NCBI GenBank assembly: GCA_016183535.1
Contig: JACPEK010000004.1
Location: 8,592-72,591, forward strand
Source of the DNA: Candidatus Brennerbacteria bacterium
Lineage (GTDB): Bacteria > Patescibacteriota > Minisyncoccia > UBA6257 > GWB1-50-10
Direction: 5' to 3'
Length of the DNA: 64,000 nt
The notes beneath the pieces are model-generated. The model worked only from the letters and a program-made list of their open reading frames with translations. It ran no database searches and was not told the origin of the DNA. Positions 1 to 8,858 of the stretch are shown piece by piece. Each line of letters begins with the position of its first letter. The first letter of the stretch is position 1. Made by a program: the position numbers and the translations under genes.

Positions 1-267
1 CGACACGATGCGCACCTTTTTGAAGAGCGCCGAAAGATCATGTAATGCAAAACCTTGCGGAGGAGTAGGCGTGGGAACGATAGGAGCTTCCGCGCGGGGC
101 GTTTCTGCTCGCCGATTGAGGGCTACGGGAGGCGATGACGTAGCGAACGGACTAAAAATGCGCGGAATGGAGATGAGCTCAATAAAACTTGACTGGGCGA
201 TAAGATAGTATACCCCGTAGATTACAAGGCCGACGAGCATGATAACCAAAAGCGCTTTCCAATTCAT
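1..267 (-). CDS. Partial CDS (N-terminus only, runs off window start): membrane-anchored protein of unknown function, MNWKALLVIMLVGLVIYGVYYLIAQSSF...
   Basis: Minus-strand ATG at about 265-267 overlaps the leuS stop as an ATGA stop/start. The open frame continues to position 1 and has an N-terminal hydrophobic helix. It is absent from the ORF track because it has no stop inside the window. Confidence 0.4.
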   Translation of the reverse strand, partial: MNWKALLVIMLVGLVIYGVYYLIAQSSFIELISIPRIFSPFATSSPPVALNRRAETPRAEAPIVPTPTPPQGFALHDLSALFKKVRIVS

Positions 268-2837
268 TTTGTGACGAAGTTTATGAGACGATCTTCCACA
301 TAAACCACCTTCTTCACCCCCCCGACGCCAAGCGCACTTATTACTTTGGCATCGGCGCGAACAAGCGCCTCCGCTTGCTCTTTCACTATACCCCGTGGCG
401 TCATTACCGTCGCGCGATGTTTGCCGTCCACCTGCACTACAAGCGGGAAAGTATCCTCCGCGATAAGCGATTCTTCATACGACGGCCACGGCGTACGATG
501 GATGGAATCCTCGTGCCCAAGCTCATGCCACAGTTCTTCCGCGAGATGCGGCGCGAACGGGGCGAGAAGCTTGATGAATGTTTCGAAGATACCTTTCGGA
601 GAAAAAACTCCCCACGCTCCCAAATTGTCCTTTTCTCTTTCGAGATAACCAAGTATAACCATCAATGCGCTGATTGCGGTGTTGTAGTGGAGATTTTCAA
701 TATCATTCGTAACGGCTCTGATGGTTTTGTGTAATGTTTTTTCCAAGTTTCTCTTTTCAAGAGTGGGTGTTTCTATCCCGGCGCGCATTCCACCAACCGA
801 CACTAAACGATCCGTGATCCCCGAGGGGGGGATTTTCAAACCGAGCTCACGTATCCTCCTCACAAACCGCACGATGCCCTGGATGCTCGCATCGCGGAAG
901 TCGCCACCCTGCTCGAAAGGCGCCAAAAACATGAGATACATCCGGAGCACGTCCGCGCCGTATTTTTTTATATACTCGTCGGGATTCACCACATTCCCCT
1001 TCGACTTCGACATTTTGGCGCCTTCTTTGATAAGGAGGCCATGAGCGCGGAATTTCGGGAACGGTTCCCCTCCAGGAGCGTCCGAAGAGCCGAACGCAAG
1101 GAGTTTTAAATCGTGGAGCGCGAGCGCCACAAACCGCACATAAAGAAGATGGAGCACCGCGTGCTCGGCACCGCCGGTGTAGAGGTGCACCGGAAACCAT
1201 TGTTTCGTGACAACGGGGTCCCAAGGGGCTTGTCCCAAGCGAGTAGCGCGAGTCGAGGGGTAACGGATGTAATACCACGCGGAGTCGAGAAAAGTGTCCG
1301 ACACATCGGTCTCGCGCCGCGCATCACCGCCACATCCCGGGCATTTTGTTTTATAGAATTCTGGCGCGGACCCGAGCGGTGATTCGTCTCCGCCCTCCGG
1401 ACGGAATTTCTCGATATAAGGGAGTTTGACGGGAAGTTCTTCCTCCGGCACCGCATACCAACCGGACATTTCGCTTTGTTCGCCTTTTCCCGCCGCCGCA
1501 CACGCTTCACAGAAAATCATGGGGATCGGCGCGCCCCAGTAGCGCTGGCGCGAGATGAGCCAGTCTCGAAGACGGAAACGCGTTTCGCGTTTCCCGCCGA
1601 CCACTTCCGCGATTTTCCATTTCGCCTCCTCGGATTTCATGCCGTCGAAGACGCCCGAACCCACAAGATGCCCCTCGCCCTCATACGCCTCGTCGAGCAC
1701 AGGGCATGTCGGTGCGGGATAGTGGGGACACACCACCATCACCACGGGAAGATTGAACTTCTGCGCAAATTCGTAATCACGCTTGTCGTGTGCCGGCACG
1801 GCCATGATCGCGCCCGTACCATATCCCGCGAGTACGTAGTCGGAAATCCACACCGGAATTTTTTCTTTATTCGCCGGATTCGCCGCGAAAATTTCGGTTG
1901 CAACTCCGGTTTTCTCTTTTTGTTTCTCCTCGCCCTCCGCGCGGCGCGCGAGCGCTTCATCCACGTACTCCGCGACCGTCTGCGAAGGTTGCCATCCCTT
2001 TTCCATCCATTCTTTTGCGAGCTCTGGCGACACCACTATAAACGTCGCGCCGAAGAGCGTGTCGGGGCGCGTCGTGAACACTTCAATCTCATCTGAAAAT
2101 TGAAAATCGGAAATAGGAAATTTTATGCTCGCTCCTTCCGATTTTCCGATCCAGTTCTTTTGCGCAATCTTCACGCGCTCGGACCAATCAATTTTCTCTA
2201 AGTTATCCAAGAGCCGCTCGGCGTACTTCGTGATGCGAAAAAACCACTGCTCGAGCTCTTTCACCTCTACCGCGGTGCCGCACCGCTCGCATTTCCCGCC
2301 GATCACCTGCTCGTCGGCCAAGACCGTCTTGCACGACGGGCACCAGTTCACCGCTTGTTTTTTTCGGTATGCGAGGCCGTGTTTCCACATCTGGACAAAA
2401 ATCCACTGCGTCCAGCGATAGTAGGCCGGGTCGTAGGTTTCGAGGCGTTCCTCCCGCGCGAATCCGTTCCCGATCGCGGAGAGCTGATCGTAGAACCGCG
2501 CCTCTGATATCTTCGCCTGCTCCATAGGGTGCGCGCCGATCTTCAGCGCATAGTTCTCCGAATGGATGCCGAAACCATCGAGGCCGATCGGTTCGAACAC
2601 GTCGTAACCTTCCATCCGTTTTTTTCTTCCGTAAATATCGGCGCCGGTGAACGCATACATATTCCCCACGTGGAGCCCTTCCGCCGAAGGGTACGGAAAC
2701 ATCATGAGGTTATAGAACGGCCCCTTACCTTTCGGATTATCCAAATCCGGTTCGTAGGTGCGGTTTTCTTGCCACACCTTCTGCCATTTCTTTTCTATTT
2801 CACCGAAATCGTATCGTTCGGAAGACATATCAATCAC
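264..2837 (-). CDS. leuS: Leucine--tRNA ligase (LeuRS)
   Basis: 857-aa ORF with class-I HIGH-region (HVGN) and KMSKS motifs and a CP1 editing-like region. The true start may be the internal MSSERYDF a few codons downstream. Confidence 0.95.
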   Translation of the reverse strand: MIDMSSERYDFGEIEKKWQKVWQENRTYEPDLDNPKGKGPFYNLMMFPYPSAEGLHVGNMYAFTGADIYGRKKRMEGYDVFEPIGLDGFGIHSENYALKIGAHPMEQAKISEARFYDQLSAIGNGFAREERLETYDPAYYRWTQWIFVQMWKHGLAYRKKQAVNWCPSCKTVLADEQVIGGKCERCGTAVEVKELEQWFFRITKYAERLLDNLEKIDWSERVKIAQKNWIGKSEGASIKFPISDFQFSDEIEVFTTRPDTLFGATFIVVSPELAKEWMEKGWQPSQTVAEYVDEALARRAEGEEKQKEKTGVATEIFAANPANKEKIPVWISDYVLAGYGTGAIMAVPAHDKRDYEFAQKFNLPVVMVVCPHYPAPTCPVLDEAYEGEGHLVGSGVFDGMKSEEAKWKIAEVVGGKRETRFRLRDWLISRQRYWGAPIPMIFCEACAAAGKGEQSEMSGWYAVPEEELPVKLPYIEKFRPEGGDESPLGSAPEFYKTKCPGCGGDARRETDVSDTFLDSAWYYIRYPSTRATRLGQAPWDPVVTKQWFPVHLYTGGAEHAVLHLLYVRFVALALHDLKLLAFGSSDAPGGEPFPKFRAHGLLIKEGAKMSKSKGNVVNPDEYIKKYGADVLRMYLMFLAPFEQGGDFRDASIQGIVRFVRRIRELGLKIPPSGITDRLVSVGGMRAGIETPTLEKRNLEKTLHKTIRAVTNDIENLHYNTAISALMVILGYLEREKDNLGAWGVFSPKGIFETFIKLLAPFAPHLAEELWHELGHEDSIHRTPWPSYEESLIAEDTFPLVVQVDGKHRATVMTPRGIVKEQAEALVRADAKVISALGVGGVKKVVYVEDRLINFVTK

Positions 2838-2843
2838 ATTCTA

Positions 2844-2913
2844 CCCCGCACCTTTTGTAGATGTAAACGCGAAGCGTTTCAATACGAATGCACGCTCCAC
2901 AAAAGGTGCGGGG
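2844..2913 (-). promoter_or_regulatory. Nested inverted repeat in the tatD-leuS intergenic spacer (15-bp outer arms ccccgcaccttttgt / acaaaaggtgcgggg enclosing an aaacgcttcgcgttt hairpin)
   Basis: Read directly from the sequence. It sits immediately upstream of the leuS start codon. No T-box consensus was seen. Confidence 0.35.
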
Positions 2914-2929
2914 TTCTAACCGACATTCT

Positions 2930-3751
2930 TCATATATGGAAAACGCGGGTAATATTTTCGCGGATCTGCGCGGCTATTTTCCCCACCGGCACATCTTTAA
3001 GCTCGGCGAGTTTTTTCACCACCTCGACCACATACGCCGGTTCGTTTCGCTTTCCGCGATAGGGTGCGGGCGTCACGTACGGCGCGTCGGTTTCGGAGAG
3101 AATGCGATTTAAGGGAATTGACCGGATTATTGCGTCGTAATCAGGCGTGAACGTGATGACGCCGCCGAAGGTGAACGAGAATCCGAGCGCGAGGAGATCG
3201 CCCGCTTCTTCCGCGGTACCGGTGAAAAAATGGATGATGCCGGGATTTTCCCTAGGAAGTAGCGAGTAGTTGGTAGTGAGTAGTTTCAAAAGATCGGGGA
3301 AGGCGGAGCGGCAGTGGATCATGAGCGGCTTCCTGATTTCTTTCGCGAACTTCACGTGTTCCATGAAAAGCGCGCGCTGTTTTTCTTTTGTTGCTTCGTC
3401 GCCGACCCTGAAATAATCGAGCCCACATTCTCCTACCGCCACCACGCTCGATTCTTCCGCAAGTTTCCCATAAAACTCCGCGTCAAAAATTTCCTCTCCT
3501 CCCGCGGCCTGCTCGTCGGGATCCGCGTATTCCGACGCGGAAGCGTGGCTCGGATGAATGCCGACAGCCGCATAGCAAAGATCAGGATAGGCGCGCGCGA
3601 GCACCGCCGCCGCCTCGGAAGTTTTCCGCGCCGTCCCCACGTTCACCATCCGTACTCCCGCCTCGCGGGCGCGCGCGAGCACCGCCTCGCGATCCTCATC
3701 GTAGGCGGAAAACTGCGCGTGAGTGTGAGCATCAAAATATTCGAAATTCAT
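2930..3751 (-). CDS. tatD: TatD-family metal-dependent DNase/hydrolase
   Basis: 273 aa with N-terminal FDAHTH and typical TatD TIM-barrel histidines. Confidence 0.85.
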   Translation of the reverse strand: MNFEYFDAHTHAQFSAYDEDREAVLARAREAGVRMVNVGTARKTSEAAAVLARAYPDLCYAAVGIHPSHASASEYADPDEQAAGGEEIFDAEFYGKLAEESSVVAVGECGLDYFRVGDEATKEKQRALFMEHVKFAKEIRKPLMIHCRSAFPDLLKLLTTNYSLLPRENPGIIHFFTGTAEEAGDLLALGFSFTFGGVITFTPDYDAIIRSIPLNRILSETDAPYVTPAPYRGKRNEPAYVVEVVKKLAELKDVPVGKIAAQIRENITRVFHI

Positions 3752-3808
3752 TCTCCCAATTAAACAAAAAAACGCTCCCGAATGGAAGTGTTCATGAAAA
3801 ACGCATGG

Positions 3809-4540
3809 TTAAAGATTCGCAACCACCCATCCGCGAATTTCCTTGACCGAGGCGAGGATATTTTTGATCTCCACGCCAAGGTTTTGAAATTCTTCGAAGG
3901 GAGTTCCTCCGGAGAGGACCGCGATGGATTCCATATCCGCCGCGCGCGCGTACCCCACATCGAATATGGTGTCGCCTACATATACCACCTGCTCGATGCG
4001 GTAACGATGAGACAGGTACGCCTCGATCGCGAGGAATGACGCGGGATTTTCTTTTTCATACCGATTTCTCGGTAATCTTCCTTCCGCGTCGCCTTCGCGC
4101 CCGACCACGAGCGAGAATGCGTCGCGCGCTTTCAACTGCCGGAGCAGTTGATCGACATTTTCCGTATGGCGAGAGGTGTAGAGCGCCACCTCGCCGCAGG
4201 TGTCGCGGCACCATTCAACGATTTCCCGCGCGCCTTTGATAAAGGAGGCGGGATCAATTCCGTCCCAGATCTCCCACTGCTTGTTGATGGCGAGCGCCAT
4301 TTCGTGGGGAATTCCGAGCGATTCCGTAAGCATCGGAATGGCGGGCTTCCCCCACTGCGAGAAAAGCTTCCGCTTCGCCTGTTCGGTGAGAAAGACACCG
4401 TTCACGGCGAGGAGAATGGTAACGCGGTATTTCCCTATGGAGGGAGAATCGAGAAGGGTACCGTCAAGGTCGAAAATAAATCCAGTTTTCACACATACCT
4501 CTCTTTTGTTGGTAAAAAAACTGCCCTTACCGTAGGGCAA
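3809..4540 (-). CDS. HAD-superfamily hydrolase (phosphatase-like)
   Basis: FIFDLDGTLLDS motif I and a VGDTxxD motif IV. Confidence 0.7.
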   Translation of the reverse strand: MPYGKGSFFTNKREVCVKTGFIFDLDGTLLDSPSIGKYRVTILLAVNGVFLTEQAKRKLFSQWGKPAIPMLTESLGIPHEMALAINKQWEIWDGIDPASFIKGAREIVEWCRDTCGEVALYTSRHTENVDQLLRQLKARDAFSLVVGREGDAEGRLPRNRYEKENPASFLAIEAYLSHRYRIEQVVYVGDTIFDVGYARAADMESIAVLSGGTPFEEFQNLGVEIKNILASVKEIRGWVVANL

Positions 4541-4564
4541 TTCGGCGCACCAGTCAAACTTTTC

Positions 4565-5343
4565 TCACTCGATCCGCGGGAAGAGCGGCGGGAATTCCGC
4601 GGTGGTATCTCCGGCTATGGCCAATATCTTTCCGCTCGTCTCCGGCAGAAACGGCGCGAGAAGCTCACCGATCTCCCGCACATCTCGAAGGAGGTTTGCC
4701 ACGTCGCGTTTTGCCCTCTCGGGATCCGTCTTGATTGTTTTGAACGGCTCCGTTTCCTGCACATATCGATCGCTCGCCTGAATGCGTTCCCAAACCGCGT
4801 CCATCGCCTTCTGGAACTCGAACCGTTCCATGGTTTCTCGATACAGTTCCAGAACCGCTCCGTTCGCGCGCGCGCGCTCAAGTGTTACGCCGTACGCCCG
4901 CGCCATTTTCCCCACCCTGCTCACGAGATTACCAAGTCCGTTCGCAAGGTTTGCGTTATAGGACTCCTCGAACCGCTCCCGGGTGAAATCGCCATCTTCG
5001 AAAGTCGGCACCTCCCGCAAGAGCCAGTAGCGAAGCGCGTCCGCGCCGTACCGCGCCACAATTTCGAACGGATCCACCACGTTCCCCGCGCTCTTCGACA
5101 TTTTTTCGCCTCCGGAAACCGTGATGAAACCGTGAATCACAATCTGTCGCGACGGAGGGAGTCCCGCCGACATAAGCATTGCCTGCCACATCGCCGATTG
5201 CTGGCGGAGATTGTCCTTGCCGGCGAACTGGATCGCATTCGGCTCTTCCTTCGTTCCCCAGAATTTTTCGAAGTCGGATGGCTTGTCTGTCGAATTTTCG
5301 GCGGAGGCCGGCCATCCGAGCGTGGATACATAATTTACGAGCG
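4565..5343 (-). CDS. metG: Methionine--tRNA ligase, C-terminal portion (KMSKS plus anticodon-binding domain), frame-shifted relative to the N-terminal portion
   Basis: The track ORF 4565..5191 begins MWQAMLMSAGLP...GEKMSKSAGNVVDP. The same frame stays open upstream (…VDALVNYVSTLGWP…FWGTKEEP…AGKDNLRQQS) back to the junction near 5345, but in a different frame from the N-terminal ORF. Confidence 0.8.
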
Positions 5344-5345
5344 CA

Positions 5346-6023
5346 TCAACCCTCGTCTTCCGGCACCGATACTCCCCACGGCATTTTTTCCTTAAGGCGC
5401 GAGATGCTGAAATCGGAAAGTCCCCCCTCCACGAAACGCCGTATTTCGTTCAATCGAAATTCGGGGAGCACGAAATCCTGATACTTCGCATAAAGCTCAA
5501 GGAGCCTTTCTTGATATCTCGAGAACTTAAAAAAATAGTTTTCTTCTTCCCGCTCTTCGATCGCGAGCGCGGGATGGAGGGGGCAATGCCCGTTTTCGAG
5601 CTCGGAATCGGTTTTTTCGAGCTCGCAACCACTACAATACTTCACGCGATACTTCGCTTTATAGATATCGCCGGCCGCATCGCACCGTCGCCAGAATTCT
5701 TGCGCGGCCGCCGCATGGGCGGGATCGGTGGTGCGGATAAAACGGCCACTTTGGAGATCAATGTTGAGGGCTGTAAGAAGTTTTTTAAAATGCGCGGCGT
5801 TTTCATCCACGTATGTCTGCGGATCCTTTCCCTCCGCAACCGCGTTCCGATAAATTTTCACGCCGTGCTCATCGGTGCCGGTGTTGAGAAACACCTCACA
5901 CTCCTCGTGACGAAGGTAGCGCGCCGCGGCATCCGCCTGCACCAGCTCGAGCGCGAATCCGATGTGCGGTGCGGCGTTCACGTAAGGGAGCGTGGTCGTG
6001 AGATATGATTTTTTTCTCATCAC
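5346..6023 (-). CDS. metG: Methionine--tRNA ligase, N-terminal portion (HIGH motif, Zn knuckle), ends at an in-frame TGA
   Basis: PYVNAAPHIGF HIGH region and a CSGCELEKTD…CPLH zinc-binding knuckle. It stops after …PWGVSVPEDEG, where MetRS normally continues with HVxYVWxDAL. Confidence 0.85.
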   Translation of the reverse strand: MMRKKSYLTTTLPYVNAAPHIGFALELVQADAAARYLRHEECEVFLNTGTDEHGVKIYRNAVAEGKDPQTYVDENAAHFKKLLTALNIDLQSGRFIRTTDPAHAAAAQEFWRRCDAAGDIYKAKYRVKYCSGCELEKTDSELENGHCPLHPALAIEEREEENYFFKFSRYQERLLELYAKYQDFVLPEFRLNEIRRFVEGGLSDFSISRLKEKMPWGVSVPEDEG

Positions 6024-7042
6024 GCAAGACCTTGCCGCTCACGCTTCTGTTCCGCGAGATAATTAAAAACTTCCTGCGCCGCAACCGCGATCGGCACCGA
6101 GAGGAGTACGCCGGTGAAACCCGCGATTTCGCCGCCCGCGAGGAGCGCCATCACTACCATTACGGGATGCACCTTCACCGCACGACCCATAACAACGGGC
6201 GTGAGGATATGATTCTCGAGTTGTTGAACGAGGAAGAAAAAGAGCAGTGTGTAGAGCCCCAACGTCCATGAATCTCCGACGGCAACGAGAAATCCAACCG
6301 CACCGGTGATGATGGGGCCGATAATGGGTACCACTTCAAAAACCGCGGCGATGAGGCCCAGCGCAAGATAGTACCGGACGCCCAAGAGCCACAAACCCAG
6401 CGCCACAATGCCGCCTACCGCGAGCGAGAGGCCCAGCTGGGCGGAAAACCAGTTGCGGATCTTTTCCTTGAAAACCGAGAAGACCGAGAAGAACGCGCGT
6501 TCATACGCATCGGGAAGCACCACCCGAAAAAACCGTTCCGTTCCCTTCTCCTCCACGGTGAGATAGAACGATATGACGATGACCGCCGCGACGAAAAGGA
6601 GCCGCTCGAAGAGCGAACCGATGGCGCCCGCGACCGAGAAATCCGATGAGGAGAAAAACGCGAGCGCCTGTTCGAAATTCTGCGTTACCTGCTCAATCAC
6701 CCCCCGCGGAATCCCGATGTTGAAAAGGCCGCGGAACGTCTCATCAAAGTGCGCGATAAAACTCCCCAGCTCCGTGATGACAATGGGAAGCATAAGATAG
6801 ACCACCGCGCCGAGGGCGAGGGCGGCGGCGAAAAACACAAGCGAGGTGCCGAGGAGCCGAGGAATTCTGCGTCGCTCAAGAAAACTCACGAAAGGATCGA
6901 GCCCGAGCGCCACCACGATCGCAACGACGAACACCCCCATCACCGAACGGGCGAGGATGAGTACGGCGATCATTCCGCCGAACACCGCGAGGCGGAAGAG
7001 TGAAAGCCACGAGATCTCAAAACGAGAGGATGGCGCATCCAT
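6020..7042 (-). CDS. AI-2E family transporter (PerM/YhhT-like) membrane protein
   Basis: 340-aa polytopic membrane protein with a typical AI-2E-like arrangement. It overlaps the metG start by 4 nt. Confidence 0.7.
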   Translation of the reverse strand: MDAPSSRFEISWLSLFRLAVFGGMIAVLILARSVMGVFVVAIVVALGLDPFVSFLERRRIPRLLGTSLVFFAAALALGAVVYLMLPIVITELGSFIAHFDETFRGLFNIGIPRGVIEQVTQNFEQALAFFSSSDFSVAGAIGSLFERLLFVAAVIVISFYLTVEEKGTERFFRVVLPDAYERAFFSVFSVFKEKIRNWFSAQLGLSLAVGGIVALGLWLLGVRYYLALGLIAAVFEVVPIIGPIITGAVGFLVAVGDSWTLGLYTLLFFFLVQQLENHILTPVVMGRAVKVHPVMVVMALLAGGEIAGFTGVLLSVPIAVAAQEVFNYLAEQKRERQGLA

Positions 7043-8355
7043 CAGACTTTCACTATATCAAGAAAAGAGGTTTCTTTATAGGGACCGATCAGGGCAAGGT
7101 TCAAGTGGTTATTGGTAAAAAGTCCCTGCGCGACGGATTGTATATCCTCCGCAGTCACCATCCGGAGCCTTTCTACATACGCTTCGGGTGTGATGAGGGG
7201 GAGCCCTAAAATCTCCTGCCCTCCGTAGAAGTAGCCCTGCGCGTCCGAGGTTTCAAGCGAGAGTACAAACTGCCCTGCGAGGTGCCGCTTCGCGCGGTCG
7301 AGGTCCGCTACGCTCACAGGCTCCGTCACAAAACGGCGGAACTCTTCGAGTGCGACGGCAAGCACGTCACGGAGCTTTTTATGCGTTACCCCCGCGGACA
7401 TTTCGATGAGCCCATGATCGGAAAAGAAATCAGTCGAGGCTCGCACGTAGTACGCCGCGCCAAGCTCTTCCCGCACCCGCTGGAAAAGGCGCGAACCCAT
7501 TCCGCCCCCAAGAATGTCGGCGAGAAGCTCGAGCGCGTAGCGCCGCTCGTCCCGCACCGGAAATGCGCGGAAGCCAAGCACAACGTGCGTTTGATCGGAC
7601 TCTTTGAACTTGACGAGCTCGCGAGGAACTTCCTGCGCCTCCTCCACCATCTGCTTATCGTGCTTTTCCCCACCCGCGAGCCCTCCAAAACGAGCTCGAA
7701 TGCCTTCCTCGATTTTTTGTGCGTCGAACCCTCCCGCCACAACCACCACCGTCGCCTGCGGCAGATAGTGCCGCCCGCGATACGCGAGAAAGTCGTCGCG
7801 GGTAATTTTCTGGATGACCTCTTTCGGCCCCAAGATGCTCCACCCCGCGGGCTGATCGCCGTAGACAAGCTCCATGAAGTATTCGCCAACTCGCCGCTCG
7901 GGACGATCTTCGTACATATTGATCTCCTCAATGATGACCCCTTTCTCCCGCTCGATTTCCTCGGATGCGAAAGTGGGGTTAAGGTAGAGATCGGCCACCA
8001 CGTCGAGCGCGCGCTCCGCATCCTCGTTCTTCACCTTCGCATAGTAGCTCGTATATTCCTGCGAAGTGAACGCGTTGTAGTCCGCGCCCAAGCCGTCGAG
8101 TTCGGAGGCGATATCAATAGGACGCGGACGGTTCGTCGTCCCCTTGAAACACATATGCTCAAGAAAATGCGAGATGCCGTTTTGGTCTTTCGTCTCGTAC
8201 TTCGAGCCCGCCTCGACTAACACCGCCACGGTGGTCGCGAGACTCCCCGCCTCGGGCACGAGGATGATGCGAAGCCCGTTCGGGAAAACTATTCGATGAA
8301 ATTGCTCCATAGCAAGAGGATGGTAGCAGAGGAGAACAGTGCCCGCAACCTGCAC
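7042..8355 (-). CDS. M16-family (insulinase/pitrilysin-like) zinc peptidase
   Basis: Inverted zinc motif HFLEHMCFKGT (HxxEH). The probable true start is at MEQFHRIVFPNGL, about 8310. Confidence 0.85.
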   Translation of the reverse strand: MQVAGTVLLCYHPLAMEQFHRIVFPNGLRIILVPEAGSLATTVAVLVEAGSKYETKDQNGISHFLEHMCFKGTTNRPRPIDIASELDGLGADYNAFTSQEYTSYYAKVKNEDAERALDVVADLYLNPTFASEEIEREKGVIIEEINMYEDRPERRVGEYFMELVYGDQPAGWSILGPKEVIQKITRDDFLAYRGRHYLPQATVVVVAGGFDAQKIEEGIRARFGGLAGGEKHDKQMVEEAQEVPRELVKFKESDQTHVVLGFRAFPVRDERRYALELLADILGGGMGSRLFQRVREELGAAYYVRASTDFFSDHGLIEMSAGVTHKKLRDVLAVALEEFRRFVTEPVSVADLDRAKRHLAGQFVLSLETSDAQGYFYGGQEILGLPLITPEAYVERLRMVTAEDIQSVAQGLFTNNHLNLALIGPYKETSFLDIVKV

Positions 8356-8437
8356 CGCACAACACTTGACAGAAAACCTATTTTTATTCTATTTTTGATC
8401 CAGCCATAATTCTTTCATAATCAAATAGGAGTAAAAA

Positions 8438-8809
8438 ATGAAGACGCAATTATTCTTTCTCTTCATCGCATGGTTCGCGCTCGGCGGGCTTTTTCTTTCG
8501 GTGGTTCTCTATCCTGAAAATGAAAAGGATTCGAGAAAAAACGAACCTATAGAAAAACTCCGCAACAGAATCATCGCGGAGTTCGTTATCATCCCGTCGC
8601 TTTTCGCCGTTTCTGCGATATTTGTGAAAATCGGGGCCGCCTCCGATTCGCATTTATTGGTGGGGATAATGACACTTATTGTCACTTTCGACGTAGCGTC
8701 GAGTTACGTATTCTTTCTTGGAATAAAACATTATTTATTCCGAAAAAGATTCGAGAGTATAAATAGTCTCGCGAGATCTCTCACCCTCGAGGAAGAGGAG
8801 GTAAATTAA
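8438..8809 (+). CDS. Small membrane protein, unknown function
   Basis: 123 aa with three or four hydrophobic helices. Preceded by a cataat -10-like box and an AGGAG RBS. Confidence 0.5.
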   Translation: MKTQLFFLFIAWFALGGLFLSVVLYPENEKDSRKNEPIEKLRNRIIAEFVIIPSLFAVSAIFVKIGAASDSHLLVGIMTLIVTFDVASSYVFFLGIKHYLFRKRFESINSLARSLTLEEEEVN

Positions 8810-8846
8810 AAAATCCCCGTGTCCGGAATACCGGCCGGGGATTTTG
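8807..8846. terminator. Bidirectional rho-independent terminator between convergent genes
   Basis: aaaaatccccgtgtccggaataccggccggggatttt: a GC stem flanked by an A-run and a T-run. Confidence 0.7.
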
Positions 8847-8858
8847 CATACTCGCCCC

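Noticed and set aside
8-208. 66-aa plus-strand ORF at the window start
   Set aside because: It is antisense to a better-supported minus-strand membrane-protein ORF that is translationally coupled (ATGA) to leuS, and has no RBS or motifs.
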